Of a stretch of 64,000 bases of DNA, positions 41,950 through 52,700 are shown in pieces (position 1 is the stretch's first letter; each line of letters opens with the position of its first letter). The DNA comes from Chthoniobacteraceae bacterium (GTDB lineage: Bacteria > Verrucomicrobiota > Verrucomicrobiia > Chthoniobacterales > Chthoniobacteraceae). Both the position numbers and the translations under genes were made by a program. The notes below the pieces were generated by a model that was given only the letters and a program-made list of their open reading frames with translations, had not been told where the DNA came from and made no database searches. The DNA lies in the NCBI GenBank assembly GCA_031409655.1, contig JANNXQ010000127.1, positions 51,497 to 115,496 of the forward strand, written 5' to 3'.

Positions 41950-42354
41950 CTACGGATTTCCCGCGGCGGCTGGCTGCCCGGCTTGTTTCGCCCGCATTTC
42001 GTCGATTTGCTTCACTTGTTCATCGGTCGGGATAAATGCCTCCAGACGTTGCTGGAGCAGCAACTTCTTAAATTTGTCGTTCTTGTTCTTCATCGCCAGG
42101 TAGCCCATGTCCCGCAGGATCGGCGGCCCCAGCTTCTGCGCCACCGTTGCACCCGTCTCGATCGTTTGCGATTGCCGATTAAACTCCTCGTTCTGCAACG
42201 CCAGCGCCTGGGTGACTTCCTGAATCTCCGTCTGTTTCATGAGCAGTTCCGTCTGCAGCGCATTGTTGCCGATCGCCGAGCGGAAGCTGATGAAACTCAG
42301 GATCACACAGAGGAGAGCGAGCACGCTGGCGGCGAAAAAGGAGACAGTTTTCAT
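41950..42354 (-). CDS. Membrane-anchored coiled-coil hypothetical protein
   Basis: N-terminal TM (FFAASVLALLCVILSFI) and a Q/E-rich coiled coil; same architecture as the 41399-41836 gene. Confidence 0.8.
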   Translation of the reverse strand: MKTVSFFAASVLALLCVILSFISFRSAIGNNALQTELLMKQTEIQEVTQALALQNEEFNRQSQTIETGATVAQKLGPPILRDMGYLAMKNKNDKFKKLLLQQRLEAFIPTDEQVKQIDEMRAKQAGQPAAAGNP

Positions 42355-42548
42355 GGGCGGGCGCGCTTTCTTCATTAAATGGTCCGCCGAGTCCAGAAAA
42401 TTTTCCCTGAAAAAGCCCTCCGCCCCGCCCGCCTCCTCCCTCGCCCCCAACCTCGGTCGCGGAAATCCCCCCAAGAGCGCCGCCATTCCCGTGCCGCCCT
42501 CGATGTTCGATGTTCGGCGTTTGGCGTTTGGAGTTTGAAGTTTCGAGC

Positions 42549-42706
42549 GTGCCTATCCGGTTCGTGGCCAAGTTGCGGGAGAGTTGGACAGGATTATCAA
42601 GATTGCCAGGATTCACGGGATTCTCTCTGGCGAAATCCAGGAATCCTCTAAATCCTGTGAATCCTGTCTCCAGTTTTGGAAGCTTGGCCACAAACCGGAT
42701 AGGCAT
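42549..42706 (+). mobile_element. 158-bp TIR-bounded cassette, copy 2
   Basis: gtgcctatccggttcgtggccaag...cttggccacaaaccggataggcat. Confidence 0.85.
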
Positions 42707-42760
42707 GGTTTGAAGTTTGAAGTTTGGAGTCCGGATCTCGCCCCCCCGCAGCGTCCTCCT

Positions 42761-42864
42761 CAATGTTCGATGTTCGACGTTCGACGTTCGACGTTCGACG
42801 TCCGACGTTCAGCGTTTTGCGTTTTGCGTTTGGCGTTTGGAGTTTGGAGTTTGAAGTTTGGAGC
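42761..42864. repeat. Phase-conserved heptamer array with stepwise unit drift
   Basis: 14 units NNNNGTT: caatgtt cgatgtt cgacgtt x3 cgacgtc cgacgtt cagcgtt ttgcgtt x2 tggcgtt tggagtt x2 tgaagtt, then tggagc. Confidence 0.9.
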
Positions 42865-43022
42865 GTGCCTATCCGGTTCGTGGCCAAGTTGCGGGAGAGG
42901 TGGACAGGATTATCAAGATTGGCAGGATTCACGGGATTCCCTCTGGCGAAATCCTGGAATCCTCTAAATCCTGTGAATCCTGTCTCCAGTTTTGGAAGCT
43001 TGGCCACAAACCGGATAGGCAT
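42865..43022 (+). mobile_element. 158-bp TIR-bounded cassette, copy 3
   Basis: Near-identical to copy 2 and 316 bp downstream of it. Confidence 0.85.
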
Positions 43023-43707
43023 GGTTTGAAGTTTGAAGTTTGGAGTTTGCAGCTCGGAGTTTGCAGCTCGGCATTCACCCCGCCCCGTCGCCCTCCTCGA
43101 TGTTAGATTGCTGATTGTTCGATGCCCCCCGCAACCCCGGGAAAATCCCGATAAACCTCCCTCCTTGCCCGCCCTCCTCCCCAGTCCCGCGCCGGCCTCT
43201 CGCCCATACCGGCCCTACGCACCGAGCGCCCCGCACCCTCGCGAGCTGGCTGCCCCTTCGTCCGTCCCCCGGAAAGCCTTTCGCCCTCTGTCCGCCGGGG
43301 CCCTTTCTGCCCGGCTCTACCGCCCCCTCGCACCCGCTTCCGGCGCCCGCCGCAAGCGCTTCTCCCGCCGCTCTCTCCGGCCCTAAAAGTTTTTATGAAT
43401 CGGTTCACATTTTTCTTGTCACGCCTCCGCCCGATCTGTAATTCTCTCAACCAGATCGCTCTTTTGCGCTCCCTAAAAACCCCTCATCCCCCCTCGTAGA
43501 TTGTTCCTTTCTTTGCCCCCATTTCGCGTCGAATCCCCTGCGGCTCCATCCCTCATTCGCGCCGTAGCGGTTTCGGCGAAAGCGCAGCGGTAGTTATCCA
43601 CTTCGTCATTCCTTCCTAGCTCCCGTCATTCCCGCATCCTCCTCATCTCTCCAGTCCCCTCCTTCATTCCTCCTCCTCTCCCGTAGCCACCCACTGAATC
43701 CCTTCCT

Positions 43708-46700
43708 ATGAAACGCACCCTCCCCACCACCCCCAAGACTTCCGTCGCTCGCTTGCTCAAGCCCCGTCCCCTTGGCGAATCGCTTTCGCGCCTCGGATCC
43801 ATCGCGGTGATCAGCGCCACGCTGTTGGCCGGGTCCGGCACGGCCAAGGCCGTGGACAATGACTGGACCGCGGGCAGCTCATTGGATTTCCTCTGGAGCA
43901 CCATCGCAAACTGGTCGCTCGGGCTGCCGACCGGCGCCCAGGATCTGCGCTTCCTGCGTCCGATCCCAAACCCCGGCGCCTTGCTCAATCCCGAGACGAT
44001 CACACTGGGTGCAGGCTCGCTCGGAAACTCCCTGTCCTTCAAAGGCAATTACACCCTCACGGGCGGCGATCTCACCCTCACTGCGGGTGCCATCCGCGCG
44101 GATGTTGGTACGTCTGCGATCATCAGCAGCCAGCTCATCAGCACCTCCGGGTTCACCCTGACTGGCGGTGGTCAGGTGAAGCTGACTAATACTTCGAATA
44201 GCATCAGCGGCACCACCACCCTCGCCGGTGGTACTCTTGTAGTTTCCGATTTGCTCCAACTCGGCGGCAGTGCAACCCCCATTGTGATCACTTCAGGAAA
44301 TTCGGTGTCCGGAAATACCGCTGTGACTGGGTTTGTCGGGGGTTCACTCTTTCTTGATGGCACTTCGAGTGCGTTGAGTCTCGCGCGGGCCATCGGTTTG
44401 GAGGGTTTGGGCGCGAATGGCCGCGGGTCAGCTTTGGTTTCCCTGGGTAGTAACACCCTCTCCGGTCTGGTCACTGCTGGCGGTGGAGCCACGAGCCGCA
44501 GTTCCCGGCTTGCGAGTGTGAACGGCACGCTCACTCTTTCCGGCGGCTTGGTCGCCGCGGGCACCAATATCACGACCTTCACCACCTTGGGCGGGAATAA
44601 CTCTGTGGGCGCCGGGAACTTCAACCTCACCGGCCCGCTCACCGGCACTGGCTCGATTGAAAAGGCGGGTTCGGGGGCCTTGTTCCTGAATCCGTCCGTC
44701 GCGACCGGTTTTAGCGGCACGACTCGGATCAGCGGTGCTGCCGCCGTCAACCAAAGTTCCGTGCGGGTGGGCACGGCGACCGCCTTCGGCGCGAATGCCG
44801 GCACGACGAGCAGTTCGACGATTGATATGAACGGCGGCGTCCTTGAGGTGCGGTCGGACACGGCCCTGACCTTTGCCAAGACCGTCTATCAACGCGCCTC
44901 TTCCACGATCTACACCGGCCCGGCCGCCGGGGGCAGTGGCGTCAATTTGATTTCCAATTTCAATGCGCTGCACGTCGCCTCCAACACCACCCTGACATTC
45001 AACAGTCGCAATGGCGGCGGTGTGACCTTCACTGGGGCGCAGACTCAGGAAAACTCGAACAACCCGGTGACTTGGACGAACAACCTGGGCGGCGCCCTCC
45101 TCTTCACGGCCAGCGTCTGGCCCAACTCGGACGCGGCTACTGCGCGCACGCTCACGATCGGCGGCAATGGCAACACCACGATCACGACGAACATCGCCGC
45201 CACCGGGGCGGGGGTTAAGACGGTGACCAAGACGGGCACCGGCCTTTTGACCATCATCGGCAACGCGGCTGGCGCGGGCGTGAACGGCCCCACGAATATC
45301 CAGGGCAGTCTGGCGGCCACCGACTTCCGGTCCATTTCCGACACGACCGCCAGCACTCAGCTCATCACTCTGGGCAATACCACCACGACGCTGGGCAATC
45401 TGATCATCGGCACCTCCGGCACCTCTGTCCTCGCGAACTTGGTCTCCAGCCGTCCCATCGTCTTCAACGGCACGACCAACAATAATGCCATCTACGCCAA
45501 CCAGACTCTGGGTTCCCCGGTGGTCCTGAATGGCGCGATCACCAAGCCGCTCGCGACGACGGCCAATATCGTGCTCGGTGGCACAAGCACTCAGGAGAAC
45601 ATCATCAACACGGCCATCCCGGTCACCGGCACGGGTGGCCTGATCAAGAACGGCGCGGGTCTCTGGGCGCTCTCCGCCACAAACCTGTATGCCGGGCCAA
45701 CCACCATCACACGCGGCACTCTCCGGCTGAAGCCCACGGCCGGGGGCGCTTCAGACATCATTCCTAACGCCAACGCGTTGGTTTTCAATGCAGACGCCGT
45801 CACCCAGGACGCGGGCGGTGTCTTGGAATTGCTGGGAGCGAATACTGAAACTCTCGGCGCGCTCACCCCGACCGCGGGTGCGGGCACGGTGCGGCTCCTG
45901 ACCGCTGCTGCAAGTCTGACCTTCACCTCCTCGCCGGTGCCCGGCAAAGGCAGCGGCGTCAACTTTGAACCCATCGCCGGCAGCACGGTGACCCTCACTG
46001 GCGTGGCGGGTTCGACCGCGATTACCCTCCCTGGCAATGGCCATTTCTACATCGGTGGCGCAGACTTTGCCCGCTCTTCTACCGTCACTCCCGGTCTGAT
46101 CGTCACTCCCGCGTATGGCACGGATGCCGGCTTTGTGAATGGTGGGGCTGCGCTCACAGCGGGCAACCACAACTTGGTCAACGCCGTCATCGCGGCGCAG
46201 CCTGCGGTTGCGGTCTCTTCTCTGAAACTCACCACCAACAACATTACTTTGGCTGGGTTGCTCACCGTCAATACCGGCGGAGCAGCCAATGACGGCGGCA
46301 TTCTCGCCGCGGGTTCTTCGACCATTGCCGGCACCGGGATCACCTCGGGTGGCGCGGGCACGCTGGTCTTCCGTTCCAACTTGGCCGCCAACGTCCTGAC
46401 CCTCAACGCGCCGATCACCGCCACCACCACCGGCGGCTTCACCAAAAACGGCGCGGGCGTCCTCATCATCGGCGGCGCGAATGCACAGTCCGGAGCGATC
46501 GCGATCAATGAGGGAACCGTTCGCCTAGGCGCGAGTGGTGTGTTGAGCGCTGGAGGCGCTAGCGCGGCCGATCTGGCCATCCGTCAGGGGGCTGTGCTGG
46601 ACCTGAACGGCGTTAGCAGCGGCACGGCGATCCGTTCCTTGGATGGCTCCGGCAGCATCGTCAATGGACAGAGTGGCACTCCGGCTGCCGCCACCCTGAC

Positions 46701-49700
46701 TCTGGGCAATAATAACGGCACCGGCACCTTTACCGGCATCATCGGCAACGGCACCGGCGGAGCCGTGAGTGTGACCAAAGGGGGCATCGGCGGCATGAGT
46801 TGGCTGGGGAACAATACTTACACCGGCGTCACCACCATCGGCTCCACCGGGTTGGTCACAGTGAACACGCTGGCCCTCGGCGGTGTGGCCAGCGGCATCG
46901 GCCAATCGTCCAGCGCGGCGACCAATTTGGTCTTCAACGGGACCACCGGCGGCCTCGTCTACGCAGGTGGCTTGCTCAACGGATCCCTGTCGGTCGGATC
47001 GAGGTCTGCGACCACGGACCGTCTCTTCACCCTCGCGGGAAGCGGGGCTACCCTTTCCAGCACCGCGACGAATAACAACGCCATCGTCTGGAGCAACACC
47101 GGCGCCATCGTGAATACTGGGGGCGCAAACACGCTCCTTTTCACAGGGACTTCCACAGGGGACAATACTTTCAATCCCCAACTCACCGACACTGGCGGTG
47201 TAATCACTGTGACCAAGACCGCCGTCGGTCAGTGGAACCTCGGCAACACCGCCAACAGCTACACCGGCCTGACCACGGTCGCGGAAGGCGTCCTCGGTCT
47301 GAACGACAACGGAGCCCTGCCATCCCTCAGCCCCCTCCAGCTCGGGGCGGCCGCCACCATCGGCCAGATCCAAATGAGCGGTTCCCTGGCCCGCACGCTG
47401 ACCGCCACCCCCACCGCGGGAACTGGCACCCTCACCTTCGGCGGCACCGCAGGCGGTGGTTTCGCAGCCCACATCGGCAAGCTCACCGTCACCCTCGACG
47501 GCGGCGCGGGCGTAACGTGGGCCGGCGGGGCTGGCTTCGTGCCAAACGCCGCGACCCTCTCTTTGAACTCCACCAGCTCCCTGGACCAGGTGGAATTCAC
47601 CAATGCCATCAATCTCAACGGAGCGCTTCGTACCGTGACCGTGAATGACAACCCCAATACCGGCGCCGACCTTGCCATCTTGAGTGGTGCACTGAGCGGA
47701 TCAGGCACTAGCGGGTTGACCAAGGCGGGCACCGGCATCCTGCAGCTCACCTCCAATGCCAGCAGCTACCAGGGTGTCACCGCCGTCAACGCTGGCGCCC
47801 TAGCGGTGCGCTCCCTCGGTCTGAGCGGAGTCGCGGGCACCTCGAGCGTGGGTGAGGTCACGGTCGGGGCTTTCACTGCTGCGAACGCGGTCACCCTCGG
47901 CTCCGGCACGACGGGTGGGGTGCTGCAATACACTGGCGCAGGTGAAACCAGCGACCGCCAAATCCGGATCACTTCCACGACGGGTAGCCCGCAGATCCAT
48001 GCGGACGGCAGCGGGGCTCTCGTCCTCACTGCTGTTTCCAATAATGCGGCTGGAGTCAAAGGCCTTTTCCTGCGCGGCAGCAGCATGGCTGGCAACACGA
48101 TCACCAGCCCGCTGATTGACAACGGCGGCGCCCTCAGCTTGAGCGTTGATGGCTCAGCCACTTGGATTCTGACCAACAGCGGGAACCTCTACTCTGGCGG
48201 TACGACCGCCGGTGGCGGTGCCCTCGGCATCGGTGACAACGCGGCGCTCGGGAGCGGGGCCCTCTCCAACTCGAACGGGAGCGTGTTTGCTTTCGGAGCG
48301 GACCGCAGCATCGCGAACGCCGTCACCTTACCGAACAACACCGCGAACGGTTGGATCGGGGATTATAGCCTGACCATCGGCGGCGCCACCAACTTCGCCG
48401 CCGCTGGAAACAACATCAACACCAACAACAACATCGTTGCGGGCAAGGCGCTCACCTTCAATGGCGGCTTCACCGCCAACGCCCTGACCGCCCTCCGCGC
48501 TTGGGTCTTCGACGGCACCGGGGAAACGGTCCTCAACGGGACCTTCACGACCTCCACCGCATTCGGCGTGCGGATGGACGTAAACGGCGGTGGAACCTTG
48601 AACCTGGGATTGACCGCCGCCGGCTCGAACTGGAACCAGGTCGCCGGCTCCGGCGTCGATGTGGACCGCGGCACCCTAAAATTCTCAGCCAACAACGCCA
48701 TTCCCACTACCGTCGCCGCCAGCGGCGGAGTGACGCTCAGCCCGGAATTGGTCACCTCCGACACCGCCACGCTGGACCTCAACGGCACCACCCAGACGCT
48801 CAATGCGTTCACGGCGACGACTGATGGCACGGCGATCATTACGAATAGTGCGGTGGGGCCTGCGACCCTGATTGTTGGGGCCAACAACAACAACGCGGCC
48901 TTCGGAACCGGGGGTGCCGGTATCTATTCGATCACCCAACCCGGTGGTGTCATCAGCCTGACCAAGGTCGGCACCGGCACGGCCAACTTCACGGGCACCC
49001 TCGGGAACACCGGGACCATCACGTCCAATGGCGGCGCGTTGAATCTGAACAGCCCGGTCCTGACCGCGACCGCAGTCGGCGACGGCGGGCAGTTGAACTT
49101 CAAAGGCGGCTTCACCACCCCCGGAAATTTACTCTCGGTCACGACCGACAATGGCGGTCTGGTCAGTTTTGCGAATGGTGTCGGCACTCCCTTTGCCAAT
49201 TTGACGACGTTGAACCTCAGCCTGACCGCAAGCTCCGGGCTCGAACTCGACGCGGGTGACACTGCGGTGGATTTTTTGACCACGAGTGCGGCCTCCGTCG
49301 CCAACGTCACGACCTTGTTCATCAAGGACATCGACATCACAAGTAGTACCAGTTACCCTCTGATTTCGCACGCTGGCGGAGGTTTGGGTGTCCTCGGTAA
49401 TTACGCGTTGAATTTGCCCGGCTACTCGGGGAGCACCCTGACAGTGACGCCCACCTTGGTCACGTTGAATGCGGGCACCTTGATTACCAGCGACGTTTAC
49501 TGGAACAACGGCACCGGGTTCCCTGTGGGCGGCGTTCTCACTCAAGCGTGGAATACCGTGGACCCGACGACCACCAACATCAACTTCTCCGGCGTCGTGG
49601 GCGGCAGTCCTGCGCTTCAATTGAGCGAAAATCTCCCCGGCAAAGGCCAAAAAGTGATTTTCCAAGCCGACAACATCGCACTCTCCGGAGTTCCCTTGGC

Positions 49701-52700
49701 CACCACTCTGGAGCAAAGCTTCACGGTCAATGCGATCGAGTTCCGCGTGAGCGCGATCGCTGCCGACACCTCCCGCACCATCTCGATCGCGCCAGGTGCG
49801 GTGTCCTCGAACTCGCTCACCCTCAAACCCTCGTTGTCAACGGATGGCATCAACCTCCAGACCGGCGCCGTGGGCACGGTCACGATTTCGGCTCCGTTTG
49901 TGGCCGGAACGCCACAGACGTGGACCGTGGCCGACGCCCCGGTTGAGTTGACCAATGGCGTGACGACCTTCCCGGCGACGCCGACGATTGTGGCGGTCAC
50001 AAGTACTACCGGTCTCCGGCCAGGCATGACGATCACTGGTACCGGCATTCCCGCCAACACGACGATTGTTTCGGTAGATAGTCCAACTCAAGTCACAATC
50101 TCGAACGGCGCTACAGCCGCTGGAACTGGCTTGAACATCCTCGCTGCCCAGCAGTTGAACATGAGCGGCGCACTCTCGGGGGCTGGGAATGTGGCCAAGG
50201 CCGGAGCCGGCAAGGTCGTCTTGAGCGGTGCCAGCGGAACTTTGACCGGAACCTACACCACCAATGCCGGTATCACCCAGGTGAACACCCTCAGCGCCCT
50301 CGGCGGATCGGTCGGGGTCCCTGGTTCGGGTGCCGACATCACGGTGACGGGTGGTTCGTTCTTCTTCAACGGAGCAGCCGCCACCTTCGTCAATGACATC
50401 GCCTTGAATGGCGGCACGCTGGCCTCCGGCGGTGGCAATCACACCTACAGCGGCGGCATCAATGTCTCCGCCAATTCGACGGTCAGCCTGCGTGATCAGG
50501 CCGCTGCAAGCGCCGCCTTCGGCATAGCCCGGAACGTCACTCTGTCGGGAGTGGTCAGTGGAGCCTCAAACATCACGATCGATGCCGTCAACACCGTCAC
50601 TGGAGGAAACCAAACGGCCGGCACGCTCACCTTGAGCAATGTGGCGAATACCTGGACCGGAGATCTGTTGTTCAACCGCGGCACTGTCTCCCTCCCGACT
50701 GCCGTCAGCCCGTTTCTCACCTCCAATGACGTGACTTTCAGCGCCTTTGGCCGCCTCCAGCTCAATGGAGCCGATACCACCACGCTGACCCGCACCGGCA
50801 CGCTCAACTTCTCCGCCGGAGCGATTGGCGAGTTCTCCGTGGACAACGCGGCCGCCACACCGGTTGGCAATTACACCGTGAACCAGACCGGCGCAGTGAC
50901 CCTCGGGTCCGGCGGCGTCGGAGGCACCGCGCGTTTCTTTCTTGCGAATGATAACGGCAGCAATCTCACCATCACCGGTGGCGTGATCCTCGACGGTAAC
51001 AGCAGTATCAGTGTCACGGGTAGCGATGCGGACTCCCTCGTCACCATCTCCGGCACCGGCATCTCCGGCACCGGCAATCTGGCCATCAACGATGAAGCGG
51101 GCGGTTGGGGAGTGGCCAGCTCGCGCCTCGCCATCAATGCCGCCGGCACCTACCTCGGCAACACCAGCCTGAACGAGGGCATCCTCATCCTCGGGCACGC
51201 AACCGCGCTGAGCACGGGCAGCCTCACCATTACGGGTGCCAGCACCCTGCAAACCAATACCGACCTGACCGCTGGCTCGGGGATTGCAAATGCCGTGGTC
51301 GTCAACGCAGCGCTCACCTTGCGCGGCACCGACAACTTCAAGTTGTCGGGAGCGATCAGTGGCACCGCAGGTTTGACGAAGCTTGACGCGGGAACCGTGA
51401 TCCTCAGCGGACTCGACCCCGTCGCCGCAAACAACTACGCGGGACTGACCACCCTGAACGGCGGCACGACCGTCATCGAGACGACGGCGGCTTCCCTGAC
51501 CGGCGGCCTGACCATCGGCACAGCGGCGGGCACGACCCTCAGCGCCCTTAACCTTACGACGGGCAGCGCCACCTTTGGCGGAGCGACCGTCGTCCAGACC
51601 AACTCGCTGACCCCCAATACTGTCGCGATCGGCACCGGGCAGACGCTGCGGCTGAATGGCTCGGTGGTGATCGGCACCAATGGCGCTTCCAACACCAGGT
51701 TGACCGCAAGCGGTCTCGGCACCCTGACCATCGGTGCCGTGGGATCGCCCACCAACGCCAACCTGACGCTGGGCAACAATACCACGACCAATGTGAGCAA
51801 TGGGGCGACGCTGGACCTGAGTGGCCTTTCCACCTTCTACGCCAACCTCGGAACGGGCACGCTCCGCGTCGGCTCTGCAACCAATGGCGGCGGCACCTCC
51901 ACAAATGGTGCATCTTCCTTAATCCTCGCCCCGGTCAGCGAAATTCTCGCCACGACCATCACCCAGGATTCCCCGGACGGTAATGTCACCCAAGCGATCA
52001 AGCTCGGCTCCACGTCGAATATCATCGCCGCCAACACGATCACCATCGGCGCTGGGGCGAATGGCCGAACCAGTGGCACCTTCGATTTCAGCACCGGCAC
52101 CGGCACCCTCTCGATCCGCAGCTTTGCAGACCCCGTGGCTGGGCGCGCGACGCTCAATGTCGCTAACGTGACGTTTGGCACCGGGCAAGGTCCGAGCGCC
52201 ATCTTCAATACGACTGGCCATTCCGCGGACCTGAGGTTTGCGACCGTGACGGTTGCCTCTCGCTCTGCCAACACTGGAGGTGCCACTGGAACCTTCAGCT
52301 TCGACACGGGAACCCTCGATGCGGATGACCTCATTGCCGGAAGCAAGTTGGTGGGATCCACTGGCGGCACCGCCTTGGGAACGATCAACTTGGCGGGCGG
52401 AACCTCCGCCTTCAACAGTGTGACCGGGCCGATGGTGCTTGGTACCAATGCCGTCGGGAACGGCACCGGTTCTGGCACCTTGAACGTGAGTGGAAGCGCC
52501 GTCGTAACCGTCGCTGCCAATGCCGGCACTGCGATCGCGCTCGGCAATGCCTCCGTCGCCGCCGGAACTGCCACCGGCGTCGTGAACGTCACTGGCGGCT
52601 CCCTGACCGTGGCCGGCAATATCGTCCGCGGAGCCACGACTGGCACCAGCAACGCCACTGTGACCTTGAACGGAGGCACGCTCAACGTCAGCACCTTCAA

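Noticed and set aside
41046..43106. Short ORFs such as MPIRFVAKLPKLETGFTGFRG... as a paralogous gene family
   Set aside because: They are translations of the palindromic 158-bp cassette, appear on both strands and in several frames, and have variable ends.
41188..43120. CRISPR array
   Set aside because: The repeats are 7-bp tandems and 158-bp cassettes, not 25-45 bp repeats with unique equal-length spacers, and there are no cas genes.
43560..43600. Sigma-54 promoter or riboswitch upstream of the giant gene
   Set aside because: GG-N10-GC spacing exists, but the flanks match the TGGCAC/TTGC consensus poorly, and no riboswitch consensus was recognised.
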